From a virus: a DNA stretch of 51,462 nt. Made by a program: the position numbers and the translations under genes. Positions within the stretch are counted from its first letter, which is position 1. Every line of letters starts with the position of its first letter. Location of the stretch: UHGV virus genome UHGV-0127437; one strand, written 5' to 3'. This document shows positions 10,712-20,488 of this stretch, one piece after another. Under the pieces are notes generated by a model. It was not told the DNA's origin. It saw only the letters and a program-made list of their open reading frames with translations, and did not search any database.

Positions 10712-11200
10712 TTAGCTCATGTAACGAAGGCCAGGATAGAACGGGAGTGTGTAGCGATAGCGTGGCCAGGCAGTATCCAGCACATTCATGTATCCCGCGA
10801 TAATCTGCGCCTGTGTTGCAGTCCAGTACCCGTTTTTAACCGTCAGGGTATAAGGACGGTCTGCGGGCGCGGCTAAATCGTCAGATGTATATTGTCGGTA
10901 GGTCACCGTGGCGCCACGTAGATTTTCCAGCGCGCTACGCACGGATGTGGATGCTTCTCCTTTGATGTTTGAGACAGCAAACTGCAAGTCCTGCGTGCCG
11001 TCACTGTTCCGCGCCGGTAGCGCAACATCGATGGCGCTGGCGATGAATGTGACCTCTTCACCAGTTTCCGTCGTCGCTGTTATATTGTCGTAGCCATCGC
11101 AGAGATACATGACATCATCACCGATGTTGATCTGCAAAGTTTTGATAATGACCTCTTCACCGGAAGAGGCGTACAGTCGTTTTAAAGTCGGACTGGTCAT
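10712..11200 (-). CDS. Minor tail protein (gpL-like position)
   Basis: ORF with ATG at 11200 overlapping upstream stop (ATGA); located between tape measure-proximal gene and K-like gene. Confidence 0.5.
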   Translation of the reverse strand: MTSPTLKRLYASSGEEVIIKTLQINIGDDVMYLCDGYDNITATTETGEEVTFIASAIDVALPARNSDGTQDLQFAVSNIKGEASTSVRSALENLRGATVTYRQYTSDDLAAPADRPYTLTVKNGYWTATQAQIIAGYMNVLDTAWPRYRYTLPFYPGLRYMS

Positions 11201-11661
11201 GCTTCCGGCCACTCCCTGTTAAGTGCAATATCGATGATGCTGCTGTTGATGATGTAATCCGGGAACTCAGCCCAGCCATCGCCGAGGACGGGTCGAGTCC
11301 ACAGCTCAAGCGTCGCGGAGAACTGCCAGTAAATCGGGGCGACCAGCGTCGGCCCCTGATAGATGTCCGTAAACCGACATTTGTAGAGTTCAACGCCCAG
11401 CGGCGTTTGCAACCGCATAAAAAACCAGTCGGCGCCGTCAGTGATGGTTTCGTGATACCAGCCCTCAAAAAGCTGAGCCTGAGCATCGTTTTCGAAAAAC
11501 CACTGCACATTTGCCTGTGTCGGTGTCGAAATAAACGCGCGGCGCTGACGGGCGCGGCCGGTGGTCATTTCGGTGCGCTTTAACGGACTGACTGGCTGAA
11601 ATGCATAACCGTCCTGAAGCGGCATAGGGAGATAATCGTGAGGGTAGTATTTTTCAGCCAT
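11197..11661 (-). CDS. Minor tail protein (gpM-like position)
   Basis: 154-aa ORF, ATG overlapping tape measure stop (ATGA). Confidence 0.5.
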   Translation of the reverse strand: MAEKYYPHDYLPMPLQDGYAFQPVSPLKRTEMTTGRARQRRAFISTPTQANVQWFFENDAQAQLFEGWYHETITDGADWFFMRLQTPLGVELYKCRFTDIYQGPTLVAPIYWQFSATLELWTRPVLGDGWAEFPDYIINSSIIDIALNREWPEA

Positions 11662-14600
11662 CAGGTCGTTCTCCTTCCGGTGTACGTTCCTCGCATTGCG
11701 TTACCCACTTTCCCGTTACCCCGGACAATCTGGTTCGCCACCTGATCAACTGCGTCCGTCGTCGCCTTTTTGGCGGTGTTGGCGAGAGACATATCCATCT
11801 GCTCAGGCGTTACACCCTGCTGAATATGGAAGTCCTGCTGAATCTGGGGGCTGAATACAGTTGAATTACTGTTGTTATTGACGTTCTGCGCCCCCGTACC
11901 GAAACCGGGCTTGCTCAGCGTTGCATCCAGAGAACCACCATTGCGCAGCGCCTCAAGGTTCGAGACGCCTATCCGGTTGGTTGCAGCCTGGTCAAAAACA
12001 TACTCGCCTTTATGCACTATCCCGGCGGGCTGGTATTTCCCTCCTGGGCCAGTGTAACCACCATTAGCGAAGCCTGCGCCAGCAGTCATGGCTGATGAAG
12101 CAGCGGCAACTGCCGCAATTAAAGGAGTGGTTGCGGCCTCTGCTGCGGCCATCGCAGCTGGAGCTATTGCCCATCCCGTAATAGGGATCGCAGCCGCAGA
12201 AGCATATGCGTTAATTGCTGCAATCTGTGACATTGCGGTTGCTTGTCCGATCATTGATGCAGACGCGCCAGCCGCTGCCGTTTTTCCTACAAGCAATTGA
12301 ACAGCCTGATACACCAGCCACTGCGCCGCCATCTTCGTCAGCGCATCAATAACAGCTTCACCCATTCCTGTTGCCATGTTTTTAAATCCATCACTCAAAC
12401 TTTCCGTTCCATGCACCATCGCTGAAAGATTGGATGAAATGGCGGTTTCAGTGGAGTTTAGAATTGATGTTGCTGCTGTAGTAACTGATTCATAAAGTGT
12501 TGGGACACTGTTCAGATATGACTGCAACCCATTTTGAACACCTAACTGCCAGTTACCATTCAGTTGATCCAACTGAGTGTAATAGGATTGCTGCATGGCA
12601 AGGCGCTGATTGAGAGCCTGCTGTAGAGCGGCGGTTTCCTGGTCGTATAAGTTTTGCGAGATCTGCCCGGTCGTTCTCTGATTGGTTAATTCGACCTGCT
12701 TTTTTTGGTACTCACTGACGATTTTTGTCAGTTCCTGCTGACGTTTCTGCTCCTGAGAAAGCACCGTGTTGCTATTAAGGCTATTTTGTAGCCCTGTAGC
12801 ATCATTTTGCAGACCAGAAGAAAGCGTATTTTTATACGCTGTCAACTTATCAACATCTTTACGGAGCGCTATCTCCTTTTCGATAGCTGCGTTTTTCTGC
12901 AATTGAGCAGTAATAGCCTCCTGATTAGCCAGTAGGGATTTCTGATCAGCAGTCAAAGTTTTCTTCGATTTAATATCAGAAAGTTGTTGCTCCCATTTAA
13001 TAAGAGCTTGTTGCGCAGAACCTATTTTCTCTGTTGTGTCGAACTGTGAGGTTAAAGTAACGTACTGCTGGTTTAACTGATCCAGCATCCTCACGCCAGC
13101 ATTCTCGGTATATGCTTTACCTTTAGGTGTTTTTGGGGTTTTGGGATCCTTGTATCTATCGTTGATATTTTTCCGTAAACGAGCCTCTTCTTCCTTGCTG
13201 ATTACTGCACCATCTTTAATTGCTTTGGTTAGCTTGTCCTGTTCCTTTTTTCTTTTCTGCTCATTAGACAACGTCTGCTCAGTAAGTGAATTAATAACTT
13301 TCTGGGCCTCAATACTTTTTTGCTGGCGTTGGTTGTATCCATCAATTGTATTGTTAATTACGTCCTGCGCCGTTTTTTCACTTTGCAGTGTAGATAACCG
13401 CTGTTTAAGCAAAGTTACCGCTTTTCGCTGCCGATCTAAATCATCAGATTTCCATGCACCATAGGGACCTGCATTAGCGGCCTGTCCACGCTCCAAATCA
13501 GCAAGCGATTTCTGTGCGCGTTCAAGCTCGCTGCTGGCATCCTGAATTTTTTGCTCTACGGATGCTTCACGACCAACATCAAGCATGGCATCCCACGCCC
13601 ATCCAGCAGCTTTAGCCAGTGAGTTCCATGCGGTTTCCAGATACCCCAGATTTTCCTTAATCTGATTGGAGCGCTGAATCATCGACGAAGAATATGCTTC
13701 GCTGGCAACGCGCGCGGCTTCCTGCTGATTCCCTTCATCCTGAAGAGCTTTAATCTGGTTGTATGTTGCCAACGTAAGGAAGTGATACTGGTCGTTCAGT
13801 TTGGTGATGGCATCCAGAGGGTCCGCGGCGATTTTGTTGAAATCGTCCACCAGTTTATCTGTCGCAATACCTGTGGCTTCGCTCGTTTTAACAACGGCAG
13901 TTGTCACGCGCTCCAGCGAATCACCGACCACCTTTCCAGACTCCACCAGTAAATTTAACGTCGATGCCGCTTTGCCAGTGGTAGAGTTCGCCGCCATACC
14001 AGCGCGCGCAGCAATATCCGCCAGTTGCCCCGATGTTTTCCCTACCTGATTACCCGTCAGGATAAGTGATTTATTGAAAGCGTCCTGCTCCTGCGTGCCT
14101 TTGTAGTACGCCACGCCCAGCACGCCGACCGCGGCAGCCGCCAGCGTGAAAGGATTGATCAGGCCCATCACATAGGAGCCAACCCCTTTAATCGCCGGGC
14201 CGATACCGCCGAACATGTCCTTTAACTGGCCTCCCTGCTGCATCAGCACCATAAACGGACTTTGCCCGGTAGACAGACCCACGACGATATCGGTCATCTG
14301 AGCGGGCAGTATGCGCATCGCAAAAGCGGTTTGCTTTGCTGACATGCCAGTATTTTTCAGTTGCTCTGAAAACCCGGTGAGACGATTACGAGCCTCTTCG
14401 ATTTTTTTCGAATAGACATCAAAGGTCTCATCGTCCAGCATGCCTTTCGACTTGAATTTCGCGAGTTGTTGCTGTTGTTTATCCAGTTTATTCAGAGCCG
14501 CGTTAACTGGATCAATGCGGTCAAGCAGTTCCGATAATGCGGAAGATTCTTCCTCGGTGGCTTTAGTCACCTTCCCGGCACTGGCCGCTGCTTTCTGCCC

Positions 14601-14702
14601 CCACTCGGTAAGCCCGTGAAGGGCGCTGGTCAGGCTTTCAGCATTTTTTTCTGCGCCGGTGCTGTCAATAATGACGGCGAGGCGGGATGTCTGTTCTGCC
14701 AT
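11661..14702 (-). CDS. Tail tape measure protein
   Basis: 1013-aa ORF, long coiled-coil/Q- and A-rich regions, hydrophobic Gly/Ala-rich segment, located after G/T chaperone genes. Confidence 0.8.
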   Translation of the reverse strand: MAEQTSRLAVIIDSTGAEKNAESLTSALHGLTEWGQKAAASAGKVTKATEEESSALSELLDRIDPVNAALNKLDKQQQQLAKFKSKGMLDDETFDVYSKKIEEARNRLTGFSEQLKNTGMSAKQTAFAMRILPAQMTDIVVGLSTGQSPFMVLMQQGGQLKDMFGGIGPAIKGVGSYVMGLINPFTLAAAAVGVLGVAYYKGTQEQDAFNKSLILTGNQVGKTSGQLADIAARAGMAANSTTGKAASTLNLLVESGKVVGDSLERVTTAVVKTSEATGIATDKLVDDFNKIAADPLDAITKLNDQYHFLTLATYNQIKALQDEGNQQEAARVASEAYSSSMIQRSNQIKENLGYLETAWNSLAKAAGWAWDAMLDVGREASVEQKIQDASSELERAQKSLADLERGQAANAGPYGAWKSDDLDRQRKAVTLLKQRLSTLQSEKTAQDVINNTIDGYNQRQQKSIEAQKVINSLTEQTLSNEQKRKKEQDKLTKAIKDGAVISKEEEARLRKNINDRYKDPKTPKTPKGKAYTENAGVRMLDQLNQQYVTLTSQFDTTEKIGSAQQALIKWEQQLSDIKSKKTLTADQKSLLANQEAITAQLQKNAAIEKEIALRKDVDKLTAYKNTLSSGLQNDATGLQNSLNSNTVLSQEQKRQQELTKIVSEYQKKQVELTNQRTTGQISQNLYDQETAALQQALNQRLAMQQSYYTQLDQLNGNWQLGVQNGLQSYLNSVPTLYESVTTAATSILNSTETAISSNLSAMVHGTESLSDGFKNMATGMGEAVIDALTKMAAQWLVYQAVQLLVGKTAAAGASASMIGQATAMSQIAAINAYASAAAIPITGWAIAPAAMAAAEAATTPLIAAVAAASSAMTAGAGFANGGYTGPGGKYQPAGIVHKGEYVFDQAATNRIGVSNLEALRNGGSLDATLSKPGFGTGAQNVNNNSNSTVFSPQIQQDFHIQQGVTPEQMDMSLANTAKKATTDAVDQVANQIVRGNGKVGNAMRGTYTGRRTT

Positions 14703-14741
14703 TGCGGTCTCCGGGCATAAAAATACCCGGACATACCGGGC

Positions 14742-14972
14742 TTATTGTTTCTGTTTGCCGTGTTTTTTCTGTTCCTGCGCCCACTGCTCACGCCATGCGT
14801 CATCGAGGGCAAATATCGCCGCGTCAAATTCATCACGATCAATGAGGACGGGACGTGCAGAAAGAAAGCGCTCAATATCATGAAGCGATATCGGCAGCGG
14901 CGCGCCAGCCATCCCGGCATATAGCCGGGAGCGGGAAATAACGGAGTAAGCGTTGAGAATTTCCCCTGTCAC
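14742..14972 (-). CDS. Tail assembly chaperone, frameshift-extension segment (gpT-like)
   Basis: Small ORF in -1 frame relative to upstream chaperone; frame open upstream through candidate slippery sites; immediately precedes tape measure gene. Confidence 0.5.
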   Translation of the reverse strand: MTGEILNAYSVISRSRLYAGMAGAPLPISLHDIERFLSARPVLIDRDEFDAAIFALDDAWREQWAQEQKKHGKQKQ

Positions 14973-15061
14973 ACCATCAATTTCAGGCTCTGGGATTGGC
15001 GGGAGTTTTAATTTCTCCCTTCGCCACTTTGCCTTTTCGCCCTGCTCCCCGCCGAACTCGC

Positions 15062-15529
15062 TCAGCCACTTCTGCGCTTCGATGGCTTTTTTACGGTTTC
15101 CTGCTTTTGCTGCTCTTTTCCCTGGGCGATGCTGGCGGCTTCAGCCAGAATTTGCCAGTAAATCGCTGGTTCCTGTTTCATAAGTGCAGCACCGCGTTCC
15201 GGCGTGTATTCGATCGGCACCTCTTCGCCATCAACAAGCTCACCAACACCCTTCCAGTCTTTCAGCAGGTAACGCGCGCAGTTATCGATCAGCAGGTCAT
15301 CAGCAGAGTCAATTTCCCCAACCGCTGACAAGCTAAATTCACTGGTTCCAACCTGGTAACTGGCATCCATCTTTTCAATATGGCGGCGGATAAGGGCATT
15401 ACGTGAGCGGTACTGGTCGTTATCAATGCTGCTGACGAGCAATTTCAGCCCTTCAATGGGTTTAAGGTCTTTCAGCGGTGTAAACCAGCGCTCGCCGCCA
15501 ACATCAATTCGTGGGTTTAGGATAATCAT
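15062..15529 (-). CDS. Tail assembly chaperone (gpG-like)
   Basis: ORF between major tail and tape measure genes; ATG at 15529 with AGGAG RBS; 3' end contains G_GGA_AAA and A_AAA_AAG slippery heptamers. Confidence 0.55.
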   Translation of the reverse strand: MIILNPRIDVGGERWFTPLKDLKPIEGLKLLVSSIDNDQYRSRNALIRRHIEKMDASYQVGTSEFSLSAVGEIDSADDLLIDNCARYLLKDWKGVGELVDGEEVPIEYTPERGAALMKQEPAIYWQILAEAASIAQGKEQQKQETVKKPSKRRSG

Positions 15530-15591
15530 TCGAAACTCCTGCATGAAAAAAGCCCGCGCCGCCATGCAGAGCGGAACGGGCAAGGGAAATT

Positions 15592-16752
15592 TTATGGTTC
15601 AGTTACGGTAATGGTTGCCGTATCGGTAAAAGTGCGCGCCTTAGCGGTGATAGTTGCCGTTCCGGCCGCAACACCAGTAACGACGCCTGACGCACTAACT
15701 GTTGCCACTTCAGGATCGGATGACTCCCACGTAACAGTATCCGTTGCGCCTGCGGGAGCCAGCGTTGCAGTGAGGCTGGTTGTATCGCCCACATCAACGG
15801 AAGCTGTTTCCGGGGTTACCGTGATGCCGGTTGCTGGAATGGTAACGGCGCGGGTAATGGTCGGTGACTCGTCGGCCGCAGTGATATCCAGTTGAACCTG
15901 GATAATGTCGGTATTGCCCCCATCCGGCCAGTCGCCTGCGACCTGCACTTTCGGGAAGTTAAATGTGTATTGCCCTTCGTCATTCGCCAGCGTGAAACTG
16001 AATGGCACGGTTGCACCGGTAAGTGTTTTGCTCCAGACCTCCCACGCAGCTTTAGACCATGACAATGTGATCGAACCTGACGGCGTAAAGGTGGTTGGGA
16101 TATTAGCCCCGGCATAGGGTGAACCGGTGCCGATGCAACGCTGGGTCTGGACGTTGTTGTCGAACTGGATGTTGAAGGTATCAATACAGAAGCCATCACC
16201 ACCGTCGATTCCGTTCAGGTTTATCGCAGTGACCTCTTTGAACGAGTAACGCAGTTCTCCAGCATTATCTGCGGGAGTACCGGTGATGTAACTCGTATCA
16301 TCTGCTTTTGAGCCCCAGCCCAGCCCGGCGAATGTGACTGTCGCGGTAACGTCGCCATCATTCGGGACCTCTAACTGGAACACGCTTACCTGCGCGCCAC
16401 GAATAATAGAGGCAATGCCAACGTCCGAAGCGTATGTTGCGAGTGAGAAAGAGATACGGTCATTCCCCATCGTCAGCACGTTGCCCGCCCACTCCGCGCC
16501 AAAGCACGAAGCCAGGAAGTCATCATGCTGGCCGTAGCGGAACTTTGCCCCGACATCGCCACCTACATCGACCGTTCCCAGCGTAGCGCCCTGTGCCATT
16601 CGGGTACCGCCGATTTCGTCGTTGTCATTGGTATTCTGGGATGGACCAACGCCCCAGCTTGTACGCTTGAAAAGATTCCAGACGCCTGCAGGCGTAATTC
16701 CTGGAGTCGTCTCCCGGATAAAGGCCGAGAGTACCTTAGCGCCGCTCGACAT
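15592..16752 (-). CDS. Major tail protein with C-terminal Ig-like (Big_2-type) domain
   Basis: 386-aa ORF, ATG start; C-terminal segment TVTPETASVDVGDTTSLTATLAPAGATDTVTWESSDPEVATVS...TATITAKA typical of bacterial Ig-like domain decorations on siphovirus major tail proteins. Confidence 0.7.
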   Translation of the reverse strand: MSSGAKVLSAFIRETTPGITPAGVWNLFKRTSWGVGPSQNTNDNDEIGGTRMAQGATLGTVDVGGDVGAKFRYGQHDDFLASCFGAEWAGNVLTMGNDRISFSLATYASDVGIASIIRGAQVSVFQLEVPNDGDVTATVTFAGLGWGSKADDTSYITGTPADNAGELRYSFKEVTAINLNGIDGGDGFCIDTFNIQFDNNVQTQRCIGTGSPYAGANIPTTFTPSGSITLSWSKAAWEVWSKTLTGATVPFSFTLANDEGQYTFNFPKVQVAGDWPDGGNTDIIQVQLDITAADESPTITRAVTIPATGITVTPETASVDVGDTTSLTATLAPAGATDTVTWESSDPEVATVSASGVVTGVAAGTATITAKARTFTDTATITVTEP

Positions 16753-16778
16753 GCGGTCACCTCCATCGAAGTTAAGCG

Positions 16779-17171
16779 CTACAGAGCGCGGTAAGGGATT
16801 TGTAGATTGAACTGAGACCAGCCATCCGTTTCGCCAGCGGGAACAGCGGATACGGCGAAATAACTGAGTTTTCCGTCATCCTGGAATTCGAATAATTCAC
16901 GGAGTTTGTCTGCTGTTTGAGTGATAAGCAGAGAGCCAGAACCAACAGGGACGAAGATCTGAATGATGAGGACGCCGGTACGGTGAACAACCGGACCACC
17001 GCCGATTTCATTTGCTCCGGCCATGCCTGAAATGTTGGTGAAACGAGCCCAGATATCACGACCACTTGGATCAAATACGGGTCCGTTTGGATAATCCACG
17101 GCATCAGAGGCAATAGCCGTCTGCGCCGTCATGCGAGCAATGACAGCGTTACGAATTTCTGTGAGGGTCAT
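16779..17171 (-). CDS. Tail completion / tail terminator-like protein
   Basis: 130-aa ORF, ATG overlaps upstream stop; position between head-tail genes and major tail gene. Confidence 0.45.
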   Translation of the reverse strand: MTLTEIRNAVIARMTAQTAIASDAVDYPNGPVFDPSGRDIWARFTNISGMAGANEIGGGPVVHRTGVLIIQIFVPVGSGSLLITQTADKLRELFEFQDDGKLSYFAVSAVPAGETDGWSQFNLQIPYRAL

Positions 17172-17719
17172 TTGTAGGCCTGTGTTACACCATTAAATGA
17201 AACCGCATAAACGCCTGCCGGTGCCTGCTTTGAGTGCCCGTTTTCAAGCGGTACGGAATAAGGAAGGTTTGACTGGATGTAGATGACCGAATAACTTGGC
17301 GCCGCAAGAATTGTCGACGTCCCGTTATTTATGGTGTTTGCACCGTTCGGGTCTGGCTCGCTTGGCACGTAATTGCTTGGAGAGCCAATGCTAACAAAAT
17401 GCGATGCCCGAAAAGTTCCTGCTCGATATTCTGCGGGACGTTTTATATCCATGCTGTCATTGACGCGGGCTTTCCTTTTAAGCCGTCCTGTTTTTGTCAG
17501 ATTTTCGGGGTTAGAGAGCTGCGACTCATTCCACTCGCTTACCGCTTTGTTGTATTGAACTGCTGTCTGGTTTACAGCCCATATTTCAGGGTTACCGACC
17601 GGTGACCGAATAACGATCTCATTGAGCAACTGAATGGCTATAACGCGTTGCAGTTTTCCGACATCCTCTTCCACTTTGTCAGCGAACAATGCAGGGTCAA
17701 GACTCCAGGCCTTAGTCAT
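17168..17719 (-). CDS. Head-tail joining region protein (function unassigned)
   Basis: ORF with in-frame ATG at 17719 (MTKAWSL...); structural-module position. Confidence 0.4.
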   Translation of the reverse strand: MTKAWSLDPALFADKVEEDVGKLQRVIAIQLLNEIVIRSPVGNPEIWAVNQTAVQYNKAVSEWNESQLSNPENLTKTGRLKRKARVNDSMDIKRPAEYRAGTFRASHFVSIGSPSNYVPSEPDPNGANTINNGTSTILAAPSYSVIYIQSNLPYSVPLENGHSKQAPAGVYAVSFNGVTQAYK

Positions 17720-17918
17720 CCCATACTCTCCGCCACTTGCAAAGAATCCGTTCAGGCACGAACAGTACAGCAAAAATTAGCGGCCATAAAAGCACGGCGA
17801 TTACACCATAAGTAGCCTTAAGCCATACCGAGCCACCATCCCTGACGAGCAATACGGATACAAACTCGAAAAGACCGAGAGGCAGTCCGCAGATTAGATA
17901 AAGCAGAAGAAATTGCAT
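17712..17918 (-). CDS. Small hydrophobic protein (2 predicted TM helices) inside structural module
   Basis: 68-aa ORF; ATG overlaps upstream stop (TAATG) and is preceded by GGAGG; very hydrophobic sequence LLLYLICGLPLGLF...VIAVLLWPLIFAVLFV. Confidence 0.4.
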   Translation of the reverse strand: MQFLLLYLICGLPLGLFEFVSVLLVRDGGSVWLKATYGVIAVLLWPLIFAVLFVPERILCKWRRVWDD

Positions 17919-18313
17919 TACACCCTCCGCAACTGAATGGAATATGTTGCTTTCGCCGGATCGGTTCCTGCCGTAATGACTTTGTAGCGTTGCTGTTCGC
18001 CGGTAATCAGGTCTGGTGCAGTGATGATGTGATCGACTTTCGGTTCGTCGGTAACTTCATTCGTCAGCGCTGTTAATTTCAGGTCGCCGTGCAGGATATT
18101 GACGCCATCAATGCGGTTGAGGCTGTATTTCGACAGAACGCCACGCCCGGTGTAGGTCACTGTGGTTTCACCGCCTGTTTCCGTTACCGGGTCCCATCCG
18201 GTTTGGATGACGTAAGAGCCGGTAAAGTCGTTAACAGCGTCGGCAAGATCGTCATCGAACGCTGCGGCGATTTCGGTCTGAAGCTCGTCACGAATGCCCA
18301 TGATGGACACCAT
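17918..18313 (-). CDS. Head-tail connector/adaptor-like protein
   Basis: ORF in structural module; track start is TTG at 18331, internal ATG at 18313 or 18301 more plausible. Confidence 0.4.
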   Translation of the reverse strand: MVSIMGIRDELQTEIAAAFDDDLADAVNDFTGSYVIQTGWDPVTETGGETTVTYTGRGVLSKYSLNRIDGVNILHGDLKLTALTNEVTDEPKVDHIITAPDLITGEQQRYKVITAGTDPAKATYSIQLRRV

Positions 18314-18539
18314 TGCATTGCCGGAACTCAACAGTGACTACACCACGTAATTTTCGCGTATACACGTCGCCATTTCGTTTTGCCCGGAGTGGATGCGGAG
18401 CGAATTCGACAATCCCCTTTCTCTCATTCGCATAAACGACATGGTTTATTTGGTGCCCGTTCACGAATACATCGCGACGCCCACGGCCATCGCCGACGTA
18501 ATGAATGTGTGGATTGATTGGTTCGATGATGCTTATCAC
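18288..18539 (-). CDS. Hypothetical small structural-module protein
   Basis: 83-aa ORF with GTG start preceded by strong GAGGGGG RBS directly after upstream stop. Confidence 0.4.
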   Translation of the reverse strand: MISIIEPINPHIHYVGDGRGRRDVFVNGHQINHVVYANERKGIVEFAPHPLRAKRNGDVYTRKLRGVVTVEFRQCNGVHHGHS

Positions 18540-18540
18540 G

Positions 18541-18951
18541 TTACCCCCTCACCAGCCTGATTTGTGACTGATTGACGCCATATGGCTTGAGCATCGCCAT
18601 CGCCAGTTGCAGATCGGAATCAAGAAGCGCAGTGCTATTAACCGCAAGTTCAGCGAATGTCTTTGATACGCTCACGCCGTCAGCATCAACGGAATTGCTC
18701 AGCAAAGAACCAGAGTTTGTTTTCTGCTGATACAGCCCGCCATTTGCTGCCGCCTGCGCCGCATATGCGCCAGCCTGCTTCACGTCATCAGGGATAATGA
18801 TTTCGTGGGTATTTTTGTCACATGGTAATTTCAGGCCAAGACCATTCATCCAGGCGTTAGCCATCAGTACCGATTTTGATTTTTTACTGGCATCAGTCCA
18901 GTCAGCACCGAGTATCTGATCAACGTCCGCCACCGTGATGTAGGTGATCAT
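18541..18951 (-). CDS. Head-tail connector / head completion-like protein
   Basis: 136-aa ORF, ATG start, between capsid-associated gene and head-tail genes. Confidence 0.45.
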   Translation of the reverse strand: MITYITVADVDQILGADWTDASKKSKSVLMANAWMNGLGLKLPCDKNTHEIIIPDDVKQAGAYAAQAAANGGLYQQKTNSGSLLSNSVDADGVSVSKTFAELAVNSTALLDSDLQLAMAMLKPYGVNQSQIRLVRG

Positions 18952-18954
18952 GAA

Positions 18955-19218
<264 letters not shown>

Positions 19219-19265
19219 AAGCCCTCCAAAGGAAAAGGGGCCGAAGCCCCTTGTGTGTGATGGTG

Positions 19266-20402
19266 TTAGCCCAGAAGCATTACTGCGTGGGCTGGTTTGA
19301 TGGAAGCCACGCCCCACGCCAGGCCAACTTCATAACGCACCTGACGGTACTGACGATACAGCGCGATCTGGAAGGTGATACCGGAAACTGGGTCGGTGAC
19401 ATTCATCACGTCATCAGCGGTGTCACCACCTTCCGGCATCGCCGGGGTACGAGAAGCCAGCAGAAATGCGTTGCGGTCAAACGCCATATTTGCAGTGAAA
19501 CCACCGACTACAGTGATAGCAACGCCGTCTGCCAGGTCCTGACGCAGCCCCGGTGCTGCCAGGGTGATAGTGGTAGCGGTCGCAGCAGCAACGACATACT
19601 GGTTATCGTCACCAGCGAAAGTCACAAGCTGGCCCGCAGCAATAGCACCCGTGCCGGTATCAATGGCAATAAGGATATCGCCTTCGGACTTGGCGCCATT
19701 CACCAGGTAACCAGCAGCTGTAGCGGCAGCAGCGCGCTTAACTCCAGCAGAACTGTGGATATTGAAGCCCTGCAGACGCCCCAGAACACCCTCACGCAGC
19801 AATTGTTCAGTCCCGGCTTCATTGACTTTGAACAGAACCGATTGCTTACCACGCATGTTGGCAATGGCGTCAGAATCAAGAACCATCTGCAGGTTAGTCG
19901 TCGGAGAGCCATTTTGTTCCAGAACTTTTCGGGTGTTTGCCGCGTCGGAAAGATCATCTTTGATGCCAAACGGGGTAGTGCCAGCAGTACCAACAGCGCG
20001 TGATGTACCGTAATAAAGTGCCCCCAGATCGGAGTCAACTTCGTTAGACAACGCGCGGAATGCCTGGGTGAACTGGTCGGCTAGGATAGTGTTGTAAGTA
20101 CCTGCCGGGCCGAGAGCCAGTTGTTCTTCACCGTTCCATTTGACCGGTGCCATTTTGGATTTGGTAATTTTTACATCGACAGTGCCAATGTTCTGATCAC
20201 CAGTATTCGGCGCAGACGGCCCCGGTACGATATCCTCGGTAACTGCTTCCGGTGCGACCGGCGCAGTTACTGTCTGCCCCTTCGCCGCTGCGTCTGCTTT
20301 GGTATTGCGCGCGACGGCAGGAATAAACCCCACCTGCTCACGAGAAACGATATCCAGAGCGGTATAGATAGTCGGGATCAACCCGGTCAGTGTATTCGAC
20401 AT
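19266..20402 (-). CDS. Major capsid protein
   Basis: 378-aa ORF, ATG start, position downstream of scaffold-like gene and upstream of an attenuating hairpin; Ala/Gly/Thr-rich composition typical of coat proteins. Confidence 0.6.
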   Translation of the reverse strand: MSNTLTGLIPTIYTALDIVSREQVGFIPAVARNTKADAAAKGQTVTAPVAPEAVTEDIVPGPSAPNTGDQNIGTVDVKITKSKMAPVKWNGEEQLALGPAGTYNTILADQFTQAFRALSNEVDSDLGALYYGTSRAVGTAGTTPFGIKDDLSDAANTRKVLEQNGSPTTNLQMVLDSDAIANMRGKQSVLFKVNEAGTEQLLREGVLGRLQGFNIHSSAGVKRAAAATAAGYLVNGAKSEGDILIAIDTGTGAIAAGQLVTFAGDDNQYVVAAATATTITLAAPGLRQDLADGVAITVVGGFTANMAFDRNAFLLASRTPAMPEGGDTADDVMNVTDPVSGITFQIALYRQYRQVRYEVGLAWGVASIKPAHAVMLLG

Positions 20403-20488
20403 GATTCATTTTTCCTTAGAGATAGATTTGGGTTGGTTGAGCTATCCAGCTCTGGCGCCAGCCACCATCCGGAAGCTGGCAAATGCAG

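Noticed and set aside
19251-20038. Plus-strand 250-aa ORF and other frames overlapping the major capsid gene
   Set aside because: Antisense to or overlapping a confidently called capsid gene; composition (Ser/Arg/Cys-rich) typical of non-coding frames.
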